A stretch of DNA of 64,000 bases from positions 114,824,001-114,888,000 of the forward strand of contig OZ024745.1 of NCBI GenBank assembly GCA_964016885.1. Direction: 5' to 3'. Origin of the DNA: Eledone cirrhosa (lineage: Eukaryota). Positions within the stretch are counted from its first letter, which is position 1. Every line of letters starts with the position of its first letter. The notes beneath the pieces are model-generated. The model was given only the letters and a program-made list of their open reading frames with translations, had not been told where the DNA came from and made no database searches. Both the position numbers and the translations under genes were made by a program. Positions 14,438-28,564 of the stretch are shown in pieces.

Positions 14438-14503
14438 TTGTTTTTTTTAAATAATAACAACAACAAAAGTAAAATTTATTAAAATTCTCTTTACAAGCAA
14501 AAA

Positions 14504-14539
<36 letters not shown>

Positions 14540-14725
14540 ATTAAGGCATCAATTCCTTTTTTGTTCAAAGCTCATGCAAACTAAACAAAACAAAAGAAAA
14601 ACAATTTTTTTAATAGCAAAACCAAGCAGAAATAAGTCACTTTCCTGGACTAAAGTTCACGATGTCACACAGAAGAACAGAAGAAAAAACACTATATGGT
14701 GGTGGTGATGGTTGTGGCAGGTGAG

Positions 14726-15178
<453 letters not shown>

Positions 15179-15241
15179 GAAGAGGAGACATGATGATGGA
15201 AGAAAAACTTGAACAAGTCTAGGCTGAGAACAACAAAGTAC

Positions 15242-15334
15242 CTGACACTGTTGCATTGGGATAAGTCGTAGATGATGCTGCTGCTGCCGCCGCTGCTGCT
15301 GCTGTTGCAGAGTCAGGGTACCAAATAACTACGC
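15242..15334 (-). CDS. CLINT1: Probable CLINT1 cassette exon with poly-Ala ([31 protein letters not shown])
   Basis: ctctcttccattccgtgtacag| acceptor, CAG|gtactt donor, 93 nt, symmetric phase 1-1 matching both neighbours, open frame, GC-rich island. Confidence 0.72.
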
Positions 15335-17545
15335 CTGTACACGGAATGGAAGAGAGTTACACACTTAGTACCAAACCCATTCCTTCACTCACCATCGATT
15401 TCTTGTCTTTCATCTTTTGCCACTCCTCTCTTCCCAGTGTTGTTATATATATATATTTTTTTTTTTTTGCAGAGCCTTCTTCTTCTCAAATGTGTTCATG
15501 CATGTGAGTATGTATGTGTGTTAGGGTTATTAAGTGGTAAATACCAACAAACATTTACTGATGAAAGGACTCAATACTGGTGGTAGAGTCGAATTTATTA
15601 CAGAAAGGGGTTGACTGTGGCTTCATGTTTCACCTCTACAAATCTGATAAGTCAAACATATACTGTATATACTCATATATAAGACACACCTCTATTTTGC
15701 ATACAGCATTCTTAGCTCAGTATTTGACTCGTGTATATGTTGCAAGCTGCTTTTATCAACACTGCTTGGATGAAATGTCCATAAAAATATTAAAATCTAG
15801 ACATAATATCTCATAAAACTATTTGTAAACACATCCTTTGGTAACTCTGAAACTGAACCCCTGTTAACAAACTGTATTAAAATAAATCTGTTTTCTTTAT
15901 TTGATCCCATGCAACAACACATTTTGAGATGATTGTGTGAAACCATGGTAAGGATTTAAATATACAGTTGCTTTCAAACTCCTATAACAGACCCTACTCA
16001 TTTGACTGCATCATGTATTGGCACCTTGATGCTTACACATGTAAACCGTAATACACATGCTGTGCGTATGTGCGGACACATGTATACACACACGCACATA
16101 CATATAGAGAGGGAGAGCGAGAAAAAGATTGATAGATAAAGAGGATTAATAGAGACACACATGTATAAAAGTGGAGGGATACAGGCTGTAAAGTTGTGTT
16201 TCTCCTTAATCATTTCAACCATGTAAAGTCACTACTTACTCCAACAATACAGGAGGTATATAATTTTATAAACACCAGCTTATACAACCTGGTTTTTATA
16301 AAATATGAAAATGTATAAAATCCAAACACACACACACAGTCTCTCATTCTCTCTTTCACACACACACACAATGTCCAACCTGCATATGAAGCATCTAAAC
16401 TATTTTATTTAGAAAGACACACTGGAAGGGTTTCCATTGCCTTCTTCAGACCTTTGAAATGGCTTGCAAATTTCTATGTGGACAGAGAAAGGTGGACACA
16501 ATCTCAGAGGATAGCTCTAACTGAAACTGAAGTCTAATGAAGATTTTTAGTTGATCATATTGACCTAAGCACTTATTTTATAGAGCCTTTTTGTCAAGTT
16601 GTTAAATTACTGGAGACAAGCATGAAGCACACACAAACTAGAATATACTAAATATATAAATTGTTGGGCTTATATAGCCATTAGTTGCATATTTCTCTGT
16701 GGAGAGAGAAAAATATGTACACAATTTCTGATGATCATTTCAACAGGAGGTTGAAACTCAAACTGGATGGATGAATAGATAGATAGATTGATAGATAAAT
16801 ATATGATTGTCCTTAGTTGGCATAAAACACCAGGAACAAAACTGGAATTTAAAATCATGTGTGTGTGTGTAAAGATATAACTGTCTATGATGTGACATAA
16901 AAAAAAAAATGGAGCTGATTATCAGATTGGATCATGGAAACAATGTTTCCATTGGTCTTTCCATTGTTGATACTATCTGCTGGTTACTATTCTTGACAGA
17001 AGGGCCAATGTGAAATAAAATATTTCACTCAAGAACACAACCCACTGCCCAGTCTAGAAATTGAACCCACAAACCTAATGATCATGAATCCAACACCCAA
17101 ACTATTATACCACATAGCTTAACTCTAGCAAATAAGTATATGTATGATGTGAGGTTCAATAATTTGCACATAAGGTTCAGTTATTTCATTTAATTAACTC
17201 TTTAAATTTTTCATTTCTGGTTGTTTAATAATCCAGACAGTGAGAGGTTCCACAGTTTGATTTAATTATGACACACAATATGCCAATTAAAAATTATATC
17301 ATCATCATCCTTTTCCATGCTTGCATGGGTTTTATAGGCTGTTTCATTATTTATGAAGCTAGACAGGTCAGGTAACCATGTCTTGCTCCTACACAGTTTT
17401 TGTCGCAGTTTTTTTATGGCTGGAAGCATTTCTTAATGCCAACCACTTTACAGTGTGTACTGTGAGCTTATTTCATGGCACCAGTACTTCTATACACACA
17501 TAAAAAAAACGATTAGTGTCAAGCCAATTACTAGTTCACAGAAAC

Positions 17546-17727
17546 AATTGTTTCTACTTTTGGCATAAGGCCAGCAATTACCCAGTGCATTACTGGTTCT
17601 TTATTTTATCGACCTCGTAAGGATGAAAGGCAAAGTTAACCTCGGCGAGATTTGAACTCACAATGGCAAGGGCCGTAACTCTATGCGTCAAAGCATGGCG
17701 TCCGACCCTCTACCGATACTGCCAACC
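17546..17727 (-). mobile_element. SINE family A copy
   Basis: Same consensus (gtaaggatgaaaggcaaagttaacctcggc...ctctaccgatactgcc). Confidence 0.88.
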
Positions 17728-17877
17728 CTAATAGTGAAAATGACACGCGAGTGTTTGTAATTCAGAATAATTCACTCAAACAACACATACAGCAACAGAT
17801 ACACACACACACACAGTAGTAGTAATATTAATAATAATAAATAAAAAGACCAAAATCAAGAGAGGACTCGAAGGGAG

Positions 17878-17911
<34 letters not shown>

Positions 17912-17998
17912 ATATACACACACAAATGTGAGGTATCAGATGTTTGATTTTTGAGCTTCTCAATAAAAAAGCTCAATAGACTTTGCGCAGAGCTACAA

Positions 17999-18359
17999 TA
18001 ATTCAAAATTAAAAGATATATGTGTATATATATATATATATAGATAGAAAGGACCATATATTCAAGAGAATATACAATATATTGTATATACACAAAGCAC
18101 ATATTTCAAAGAAAAATCTGTACTCCAGATGGAAGCAATAAAATTCCCTGTAGCACTATTTTATGCTTTGTAAGCTGCAACCTAAAATCAATCGATGTAA
18201 TCGATCATCAACCACAAACTATCAATTTCAGTTAAGTTATGGGAGAAGGTAGGAAATTGCTCTATAGGGAATTTTATTGTTTCCATCTAGAGTACATATT
18301 TTTCTTTAAAATATGTGCTTTGTATATATTCAATATATTGTATTCTCTTGGATATATGG

Positions 18360-18396
<37 letters not shown>

Positions 18397-18411
18397 TTTA
18401 ATTTTGAATTA
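17999..18411. repeat. Long imperfect inverted repeat (arms about 17999-18156 and 18254-18411)
   Basis: taattcaaaattaaaa...caataaaattccct versus agggaattttattg...ttttaattttgaatta. Confidence 0.88.
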
Positions 18412-18460
18412 TATATATATCCCTTCCATATACTATACTGATTGTGTTATTTCTGTTTAA

Positions 18461-18492
<32 letters not shown>

Positions 18493-20049
18493 AGTAAAAG
18501 TCGAATTTTGTAGGCCATTTTTTTAGGGTTAAATTTATGGGATCGATTATTACATGGATAGTACTTTGAGGGGGTTGAAATTCAAGCTAGAATCCAAAGT
18601 ACCATATCAGTAGCAGAAGTCCAAATGAACTCTAAATGAATAAAAACAAAAACAATGAATTACAGTAATATTACTGACTCTATGAATCAAAACATGTCCT
18701 AGTAAATAACAAAATCCATAACAAGATCGTGTAGCTCTTATAAATATTTACACTTGCTGTTTTACTTGTAGACATCAAACTTTTGGCACTTGTTTGGGTA
18801 AATTTTTAGGTTCAAACATGTATAATATAAATTTGCCTTAAATGACAATTTTATAACAGTATTTGGATTGGCAGTATTACGTGGTCAGCAACTAAACTGG
18901 CTCCCCCACAAGACCCTGCTGGAATGCCAGGGACACAAAAAACATAAGCTGTTGAAAGATGGAGGATCTCAGAGTCAACAGCTATCCGCTCTAACTATGG
19001 GTTAAATAGCTTCATCAACCTGCAATTGGTGAGTACATCTATACTCCTGATATGACCAAAGCTTAACAGAAAGTGGTGGAGGTCAACCAAGGAGGGGTTT
19101 TTCCAAAATGAGTGAGAAGGCCCTGGATTGGATTAGAATATTTGCATCTATGTAATTAGAGAAAAAATGTTATTCTAAGACACAATTAGATAAAAAGTGC
19201 CAAGACATAAAATAAGTTCATGTTTTTGCTGGAGGAGTCAAATGCTTTCTGTAACTAGTTGACCATTGTAACTCCAATTTTTTTTTAATCAAAGAAAAGA
19301 AGAAAAAAAATGATAGTTAATTATAAAGGGCGGTGCCCCAGCATGGCCTCAGCCGGATGGCTGGGACAGGTAAAAGAGTAAAGCAAAACATTTAGATTAG
19401 TAGGTAATAAAGTTAAAAGTGACCATTTTAGAAACATGCTAGCATCAGTTAATTAGTTTCACTACGAGAAAGTTACTTAGGGATTGTTGTGCCCACTTAA
19501 GTATAATGAGACAATTTCTTTTTTGAGGAAAGGGAGATGAATGAGAGAGAGAGAGAGTCCTATAATATGCTTCATCAATAATTATACCCTGCTCCCAAAT
19601 GTGTGGCCTTGTATAAATTTTAAAAATGAATAATATATATGATAGTCTGCACATGTGTCATCGTCATTTAAAGTCTGTTTTTGGACAAGGTATGGCTGAC
19701 AAAGTCAGTACTTAAATGGAGTTACTGACTACTCAGATGGGTAGCTTCTTAGATAAATTCCTACACTACATATATATATCATCATTTCATTTTCATCATT
19801 TCATTTTACGTCCGCTTTTTCCTTGCTTGCAAATATATATTATTTTTTTTATATAGATATAGCTTCTACAGGTCTAAAACTGTTTCATTCAGAGGAAATC
19901 ATCAAATGAAACAATTCTAGAGAGAAAGAGAAAGAAAGAGAGAGAGTCTATAACAAAATCAATTTATATCAGAAACACGAGTAAAAGTACTACTACAAGT
20001 AACATTACTGTTACTCCGAAGTGTAGTATTTTGACATGGGGAGAGGGGT

Positions 20050-20400
20050 CACCCTAGTTCCATATTTCCATAGTATGTCATTAAAGTTTCCCAGTTCCAT
20101 AGTGTGTCATGCTAGCTCCGCAGTGCCATAGTGCAGCACCCTAGCTTCAAAGTGCCATATTTTCTTACACTAACAACCCATTGCCAAGGATGGGGGGGGG
20201 GGGGGGGGGTCACCCTAGCTCCATATTTCCGTACTGTGTCACTGAAGCTCCACAGTTCCATAGTGTGCCATCTTAGCTCCGCAGTGCCATATTGCGGCAC
20301 CCTAGCTCCATAGTGCCATAGTGCGGGACCTTATCTGCTTATCTCCTTATCTCCCCATTGCCATATTTTACCATCCTATGTTCCAAGTGCCATACTGTCC
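20050..20400. repeat. Degenerate GC-richer minisatellite (ctagctcc / agtgccata motifs)
   Basis: Repeated short modules and a duplicated ggggtcaccctag.tccatatttcc unit. Confidence 0.75.
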
Positions 20401-21282
20401 CTGAACAGAATCTTAAGACACACACTCACAGAGGGCATAGTTTTTTACGCCATCCTCCCTTTTACACACACACACATATATACTCAGACAGAGCTTTGTG
20501 CACAAGCTGAAACGCTGTTTGATTTTTTTTTGCCATCCCCCTTTGTTTTAACCCATTCATCTCACGAGCCGACTGACACATGGACGAACACGATTCAATT
20601 TTTCTTTATATGGATAATGGAAAACTCATATTCAGTGTATAACTTTGCATAAGTATGTACAAGGTTGAATTTAAAAATAAGGTCATAATGTAGAAATCTT
20701 AAACCCTTGTTAGCCTGAGGTGCCAGGTTGGAACTTGGTTGACATTAGAAACAAACCAAGATGAAAAGAACACACCCAAATAATAATAATAATAATGATA
20801 ATAGTAGCTTCTATATTGAATTTTGTTTTTGTGACTAGAAGATGAACTTGTATAGCATGCCTGTTACTGACGGAGAGCATAACAAACATATTACTAACAA
20901 ACAAAGAAAGCTGAATAATTTTTAATAATAAAAGTTTATCAAAAGATTAGACAAGATTTTTTTAAAAAGCAGACATTTTTTTAATAATATAAAAATAAAT
21001 ATAAACAAGCAGAAGTTATCAATCAAAGTAGTAATTAATATAATCACTTCATCAAAATTAACTTTCAAATTATTTGCTCAAAATTTAGTGATCCAGAGAA
21101 TTATGCAAAGAAATTAGCACAACAATGTAAGAATGATAGAATTGTTCCATGAATTCATCAGACATAAATAATTACAGAATTTCACAGCTCAGAAAGCTTC
21201 TAAGAAAAAAAAAAATGTGCTGATCAGATAAAACCATCTGATATATCATTATATAAAGTTAGTAGAATATAGGCAGTGTTAC

Positions 21283-21421
21283 CTTTAGCCATGAGTCCTT
21301 GTTGATGCAATTGGTTCATAGATGGTGCTGTTGATTTCTGAAAACGGTTAGTTGGGTTTAAGGATTCCAGGCTGATGTTAAGCCCACTGGAATCTGTCCA
21401 GGTATTATTGTTTGAAGAGCT
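21283..21421 (-). CDS. CLINT1: CLINT1 exon (SSSNNNTWTDSSGLNISLESLNP...PSMNQLHQQGLMAK)
   Basis: tttgcag| acceptor, G|gtaaca donor, 139 nt, phase 0 to 1. TWTD...NISLESL...PSMNQL matches epsinR TWSD...NISLDNL...PSLN. Confidence 0.93.
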
Positions 21422-22364
21422 CTGCAAATGAAAAACCAAGGAATTAAGATACATTCTGGAATAATTAAATATACCTTTTGACTTGTGAGCTTTGTTATAT
21501 AGCTAAGAGCACCAAATGCACTAAGTTTGTGATCTACATTAGATTATGAGTTAAGACCTAAGAGATAGAGGAATAGCATTATCTCCCATGAATGTACATC
21601 TCTAATTATGAAAGGTCAAGCAATTGACTAAATATATACCATCATCATCATCATTTTTACGCCTGCTTTTCCATGCTTGCATGGGTTGGACGGGTCCTTC
21701 TCAGCACAGCATCTCTCCACTTGTCAGGTTCCTTCATTATCTCTTCTGCCTGTCTTAGCGATTTGAGGTCTGCTCTCACAACTTTTGCCCAGGTCTTTCT
21801 TGGTCGTCCTGTTTGTGTATGCCGTAATTCCTTTATTGATTAACTAATTATGTAATCTGCACCTGATGATGTTACCAGGATCTTATATAACCAAACCATT
21901 GAAATATATATAGTATTTTTGCAACAATAAAACTTTAAAGGAACATCACTAGTCCAGCCTCCTGTTATTTTAATCAAACCTATATTTTTATATATATAAG
22001 GTATATTAGTAATCGGTTTCTGTTATTTCAATCAATGAATCTCAGTAACGTGACTTGAGGGCTGTGTCAGCATACAGTTGTTTTTGACTTCACATATGGC
22101 TTATCATTCGAGGTTGCTCTCAGTGTGATTTTCCATACCACAATCGATAATCCGTGGAGTAATTATAAGTTACACAAATACACCGTTCACCATACAAGAA
22201 GAAATAGCATTTATTACATAATGTTTACATATGTTTCATTAATCTGTAAAATTATTACATCTAGAATGCACTAATCCCAAGAAGATATTGGGATAAATCA
22301 GTTTCCAATATGCTAACAATATTTTCACACATCAACACGGTGTATTCGTATAACCAATTGTCTA

Positions 22365-22409
<45 letters not shown>

Positions 22410-22996
22410 AGCTCTAATGTCTTTTTACTGGAAGTCAAGACTGTATCACATGTACAATGTCCAGGAACTTATTTTTAATTCCATACCAATCAAGATAATA
22501 GTGAATTGGCAGAGCTGTTAAAATCTCAGATAGAATGCCTTGTATTATTTGTTCAAATCCTGCTGAAATCAACTTTGCCTTTCAGCAGTCAATTAATAAT
22601 GTATCTCTCTCTCTCTCTGAATTGGCCCCATTACAGAATATGTGACTTGACAGGACTGAGGACCCTAGTGATATTTATATTTTTACATAGAATTATTAGA
22701 GATGCAAATGAAGTGAAATGCTTTTATAAACTCTAAACTTGGGCATGTATTTGCCTTGTTGAGTGCTAACTAGCTTTCTATTCACTAATGCTTATCGCTC
22801 TATTGATATTAATTTCTTATGGCAATGCACAAGGTTAATTTATATAAGGTGGGGAAGTGTTCGAGATTAATCAGTTAATTTCACCCCATTCTCACCCACT
22901 CCTAATGTATTAATGGTTATTATTTTAATAAAGTACCAGTAATGTACTGGGTAATTACTGGCCTTGTGCCTAAAGTAGAAACAATTATTTTATTTA

Positions 22997-23027
<31 letters not shown>

Positions 23028-24490
23028 AAACCTAATAATAGAGATAGATAAAACAAAGCTACTATAAAGACCTTAAGTTGGCCTTTTACTGTCATGGCTA
23101 CCCCCATTATTCTAACTCTTAAAATCCTATAATGATTTAGCAGAAAAAAGTCTGCAAACAAGTTAATTCAAATGTCTATATCTTTACTGGTGGACAACTC
23201 ATTGTGAAAATTTGCAATATTAGAAGAAGGTAACGATTTCAATTTTTTATGTGATGCTATCATAGTGCTGTTTTGTACTTTTGAAAAAATGTTTTGTTAA
23301 TCCAGTTTCATGTGGTACAGGGCATTAAAAGTTAAGTACGGATAAATAGCAATCCTATTTTAATATGAGTATCAACATGAATTATTCATCTTACTGAAGT
23401 AATAACACACATCTGACATTGTATACAGCTTTAACATGCAATTAACACATACAATTTCAAAAGACAAACCTAGAAGATTGAAGTTAGAATAAAGTTACAA
23501 GTTTATCTTATGTTCAAACATTAAGAATTTAACATTTAAAGTAGACTCAATCCATTAAAGATCTTTTTCAAATACTAGATCTTGTGCTTATTAATCAGGA
23601 GTCAAATGTGCTGCTAACATTTCATTTTGTTTGTTAAGACACCAAACTCTACATGCCTCAGTTAATCTAGATATTGATAATAAGTACCTGACCATTCTTA
23701 GACTAAGCATTTTCAGAGATGGCAATGTGAAACCATTCCAGTTTATGATTTCTGCAACAAAATCTAGCAGATCTAACAACTACTAGATATGGTTAAAAAA
23801 AAAATTTTTTTAATGAATTATAGGTTCTTGGGGATGGGAAAGTGGAAGGAGAACTTTTAGCACTTTCAGAAAAGAATTTAATGTTGGGATTAAATAAAAA
23901 AATTAAAGCAAAACATGCAAAATAAAAAAAAAAAATTTAATTACAAAGTTAGCATCCAAAACTTGGAATAAATAGTAAAACTAGAAAACAATAAAAAAAC
24001 AACAACATACAACCAAATGTAACATGCACAAATTGTCAAAAAATATTGCTGGTACTCATTTTCAGCTGAGTAAACTGGAGTAACGTGAAATAAAGTGTCT
24101 TGCTCAAGGAAACAACACATCACCCGGTCCGAGAATTGAACTCACAACCTTTTGATTGCAAGCCTACTGCTCTAATCACTAAACCATGCGCCTTCACATG
24201 TTGGTTGATATACCTTGCAATATATATTCTGGCTACATGCAGTCTCAGTTCAGTTTTGTCTTTCACTCTTCTGGGTTCGGTGAAAAATATAGTGTAGATA
24301 CTATTAACTGTTCTATAGTTAAACTTTTAACGTAGGGCAGGGAATAACAGTAATTTTTTTTTTTTTGTAAGGTTTCTCTAGTAATTGTTTGCTAAGTGAA
24401 GCATTAATTGGCTGAGATCAGTATGGCAATATATAATGCATGATTCTGGTAGTGCTAGTGGTGGTGGAAATTTGAGCACTGCCTATTAAA

Positions 24491-24680
24491 TCAGGGATCT
24501 TTAATGAAATATGTAAGACATTTATGGACCATGCCTAGCACCCCAATGATAATTAGCATGACTTCTGTCTCTACACAGTGCTCAGTTCTAATAGCACCTG
24601 CAAGGTCTGCATATTTATTGATATTTTCCATTTCAGCCACATTGTGGTCTTGAAGGACCACAATATCAATTATGATAATA
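24491..24680 (-). mobile_element. Fragment of RLE-bearing LINE (R4/Dong-like) endonuclease end
   Basis: IIDIVVLQDHNVAEMENINKYADLAGAIRTEH...VMLIIIGVLGMV fits the restriction-like endonuclease tail IIDVAVP.D.N...E.EKI.KY.DL...I...VVPIVIGALG. Confidence 0.7.
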
Positions 24681-24689
24681 ACAATAATA

Positions 24690-25068
24690 ACTGTTTCTAC
24701 ATTTGGCACAAGACCAGCAATTACCCAGTGTATTACTGGTACTTTATTTTATCGACCCCGTAAGGATGAAAGGCAAAGTTAACCTCAACGGAATTTGAAC
24801 TCAGACCGTAAAGGGACATAACTATGCTGGAAAGCATGGCGTCCGACCCTCTACCGATACTGCCAATCCACCGCCCTGATAATAACAATAATAACAATAA
24901 TTGTTTCTACCTTAGGCACAAGGCCAGCAATTTTACTGGAAGGGAAAATCGATTAAATCGACCCCAGTGCATTATTGGTTCTTTATTTAATGACCTCGTA
25001 AGGATGAAAGGCAAAGCTAACCTCAGTGGAATTTGAACTCAGAACGTAAAGGGCCGTAACTGTATGCT
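24690..25068 (-). mobile_element. Two tandem SINE family A copies
   Basis: Consensus repeated at about 24690-24877 and 24897-25068. Confidence 0.88.
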
Positions 25069-26249
25069 ATATAATAATAATAATAATATAGCTGTTAAGA
25101 GTGATGAACTGACAGAATTGTTAGAGTATCTGATAGTATATTTGCAGTATTTGTTCCAGCTTTTTACATACTCAGTTCAAAACCTGCCATGGCTTACTTG
25201 GGTGTAAAACTTAGTCACCCAGTTTAACATCATCATCTGACTGTTGATTGTTGAGTGTCTTTAAGAAGCTCACACTGTTAAAAATATTCAGGCCAGGTAT
25301 CTGGTTTGAGGATATTTTCATTCCCACTAGTCTTGGAGGCCTTGAAAATGTTCATAGACAATGAACAGCCATTTAAGTAAGCAACAAAAATAAGGCCTTG
25401 AATGAACACTGATCAAAAACATTTCATTAGTGGTTGTCTCCTCTTTTTTAGTAGTATGGATCTAATGTGTCTTTTTCTTACTTAAGACAGTAAGGTTTGT
25501 TTTTAAGGAAATTTGGTGGCTATTTCTAGCAGGTCAAGCAACCATATAGACACTCCTTCATTGGTTTGTTAGTTAGGTGTTGGTGTGAGAGAGAGAGAGA
25601 GAGAGAGTGTGTGTGTGTGTGTGTGTGTGTGTACACATACAAGTGATTGTGTGCACCATCCAAGATATGTGAGCAAAATTGAGGGTTGGATATACTGAAT
25701 GGTGTCAAAGTAATAATCTGTTGTCTTTAATCATAGGTCTGTTTGATTAAAGACATTTCAGCTATTTTTTTTAGGCATGGTGTATAGAGGTCATATTTTC
25801 AAATGTATCCTTTTTTAAGGCAGTAGGATGTGATTTGAAGAGGTATTTTCTTGGGTCCTTACATGGAAATACAGTCTTGATTATATAAACGAGTAGAGTT
25901 TCAATTAGAGATTATTAAATATTGTAAGGTGAGAGAAGTTATTGGTCAGAATGTCAGAAAGGAAAGAAGCTAATCATCAGATTGAACCAAGGAAATTGTG
26001 TTTCCAAGATTATTCTACTGCTAATACTTTCTGTTGGTTGTACACCCTGAAAGAAGCATAACTGTTTTTCCAGTGACGGGGAGTTAATCCTTAGGGTAAT
26101 TAATTCTTAAAGAATGTAGTTCTGAAGAAAGAAGGAAAATTGAGGAGTGGCAAGTTCATTTTGAAATATAATGGAGTATTTGGAATGCACTTTGAAACTT
26201 AATGGAGTATTTAGAGTTCTTCTTCAACTACTTATTCCTGAGAGGGTTG

Positions 26250-26560
26250 TGAGGACAAAGTCCTCAAACAATCCATCCAATGGCTCCTGTCAGAAGCAAC
26301 CATCTCCAATTGATCCAGCTGGATCCCCAAGCGAGACCAGCCAAGCTCATGAATGTTATCCAATCATCTTGCTTGGTCTAACTCTCGGTATCCTGCCAGT
26401 TGATTTTGCCCTTAAAATCTATCCAACAATTCTATCCTGAGACATTCTAACCACATGTCTATAGTTTCAGAGCTGTGATCTCTCAAATTGGAGAAGTAGT
26501 GGCTCTACCTGGAGTGATTCTCTCATCTGCAAGCTACGCACTCTATCAAGTAATGTTACT
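26250..26560 (-). mobile_element. Old LINE (RTE-like) 3' fragment
   Basis: Reverse-complement homologue of 42290-42635; encodes a degenerate RP..RWLDNI-like terminus. Confidence 0.65.
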
Positions 26561-26562
26561 CA

Positions 26563-26786
26563 TTAACCCATTAGCATTTAAACTGGCTGAATACAGCCAA
26601 AATTCTCTCACCTCTTTCTGTTCATACCAGCTGTAACCAGGTGCTCATACGGATGTTAAGGTGTTGTTCTCAAAATAAATAACATTAAAATATATATTCG
26701 ATATTATGGGAGATAATTATGCGAGAAAGCCTTTACCATGAAAATACAATAGTAAATATAGAGTAATGTAAATGTTAAAGGGTTAA
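26563..26786. mobile_element. piggyBac-like MITE (TTAA-flanked)
   Basis: TTAA|cccattagcattta ... taaatgttaaaggg|TTAA; 12/14 TIR match. Confidence 0.68.
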
Positions 26787-27274
26787 ACTTTTCAAAATGC
26801 TGACAAGAAGTAAATTTTGATTTGAAAAGATAGAGCTTCAAAAGCAAAGCAAAATGTAAAGTGTAAAAAATAACAAATAATAAAATATGGAGAAACAAAG
26901 AAATATATAAATAAAGCAAATGACGAGATGATTATTGAATATTATAAATGAAACATGAATGAGAAGATTGAAATACTGGTGGATGTCTAAGAACAGGCAG
27001 TTTTTTGGGGAATGATACTGTCAATTTAATCAGCCCCTGTATTTATCATAGCTGGAGAGATGAAAGGCAGAGCTGATTCTGACAGGATTAGAATGTAAAG
27101 GTACATAACTAATAACCACACAACATTTCATCTGATGCTTCCCTATTTCTTCCACTCCACTGGCAACAATAACAACTAGCACAGCAATGGAAATAATAAT
27201 AAAGGCTGAGGAAGAGGAGGAGATGGTGGAAGGAAACAGAAACAAGGTGGACGTTTAAAACTGGTGCGACTCAC

Positions 27275-27445
27275 CTGTGGTATTGACATAGGGATGGCCA
27301 TAGCAGGAATAGGATTGACAGCATTGGTAGGGGCGGAAAATGGGGTACCTGTACCAGACATCATATTTGGTGGGGACATCATGGCCGTTGGGGACATCAT
27401 AGTCGTCGACTGGGGAGACATCATGTTGGCTTGGAACATCATAGT
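27275..27445 (-). CDS. CLINT1: CLINT1 exon, Met/Pro-rich (TMMFQANMMSPQ...AMAIPMSIPQ)
   Basis: tcacag| acceptor after a long pyrimidine tract, CAG|gtgagt donor, 171 nt, phase 0 to 0. Met-rich low-complexity sequence typical of the epsinR C-terminal half. Confidence 0.88.
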
Positions 27446-28304
27446 CTGTGATGGCACCAAGGCAGAAATCACGAGGAAAAAAAAAGAAAGAAAAACAAGG
27501 GTGCAGCAAGGTAAAAAAAAAGGAAGAAAGGAACAAGGAAAGTAGTAATAATGATAATAAGTACTAATACAGGCAAGGAAGCAGGTGTTTAAAAATAGGA
27601 AAAAAAAGGGAAAATGTAGAAAAAAAATTTTAGTGGTAGTGCAAAATATAAATAAGGTTTGACAACAACAAAAGGAGAAGGAAATTGAAATTCTTATACA
27701 ATAAATAAATAGACAGGTAAGTAAATTATTTTGGGGATAATTTCATGGATGAACATTGTTATAATATGCTTGTTTGGTAAGACTTTCGAATTTGGAAGAC
27801 AAAAAATAAATTTTTTTATTTTTTTTATTTCAACTATTTTTTTTTGCCTTCATTAACATTCTTTTGTAGGTATGTTTTGAAGTGTTTATATACTGTTGAA
27901 ACAAGTAGTAAAAGCAATAGATATTATTACCAAATGCCCTTCCTATAACTAACCTTTCAGTCATGAAATAAAAAGCAAAATGTTTTATTTCATGATACGG
28001 AAACTGAGGCAAGCAGAGGGGTTTATTTTTCTGATTAAGAACATATTTGACTTAAGTAGTTCATCTAATATACAGAAAAATAAAATAGAAAAAAATCACC
28101 AAAAATAAATCAATGATAAAATATTTGAAATTCCCATAAATTTGATGACAGTTATTAAAATAGATAGATTCCACATGCTGTATAATACTGCTATTCAACT
28201 CCACATGGTTATATAGACAGAATTATTTGAAAAAAAAATGGCTTTAAATTAAAATAACATCTTTATATCTTTTTTTCTGAAATTCCAATATATCTTTGTG
28301 GGTA

Positions 28305-28351
<47 letters not shown>

Positions 28352-28379
28352 GTTGAGAAGTGACACGTGAGTTGATATA

Positions 28380-28523
28380 TATTAGGAAAATAAGAAAACA
28401 GTAGAAAATACTAATAAAATTCTATTATAGAAAAACAGAAAAACATTTTTTTAAAATTGTTTTCCTGTTTTCTGTTTATCTATGATAAAATTCTCTTACC
28501 ATTTTTTACTGTTTTCTTATTTT

Positions 28524-28530
<7 letters not shown>
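28380..28530. repeat. Fold-back hairpin between (TA)n tracts
   Basis: aggaaaataagaaaacagta versus tactgttttcttattttcct. Confidence 0.8.
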
Positions 28531-28564
<34 letters not shown>

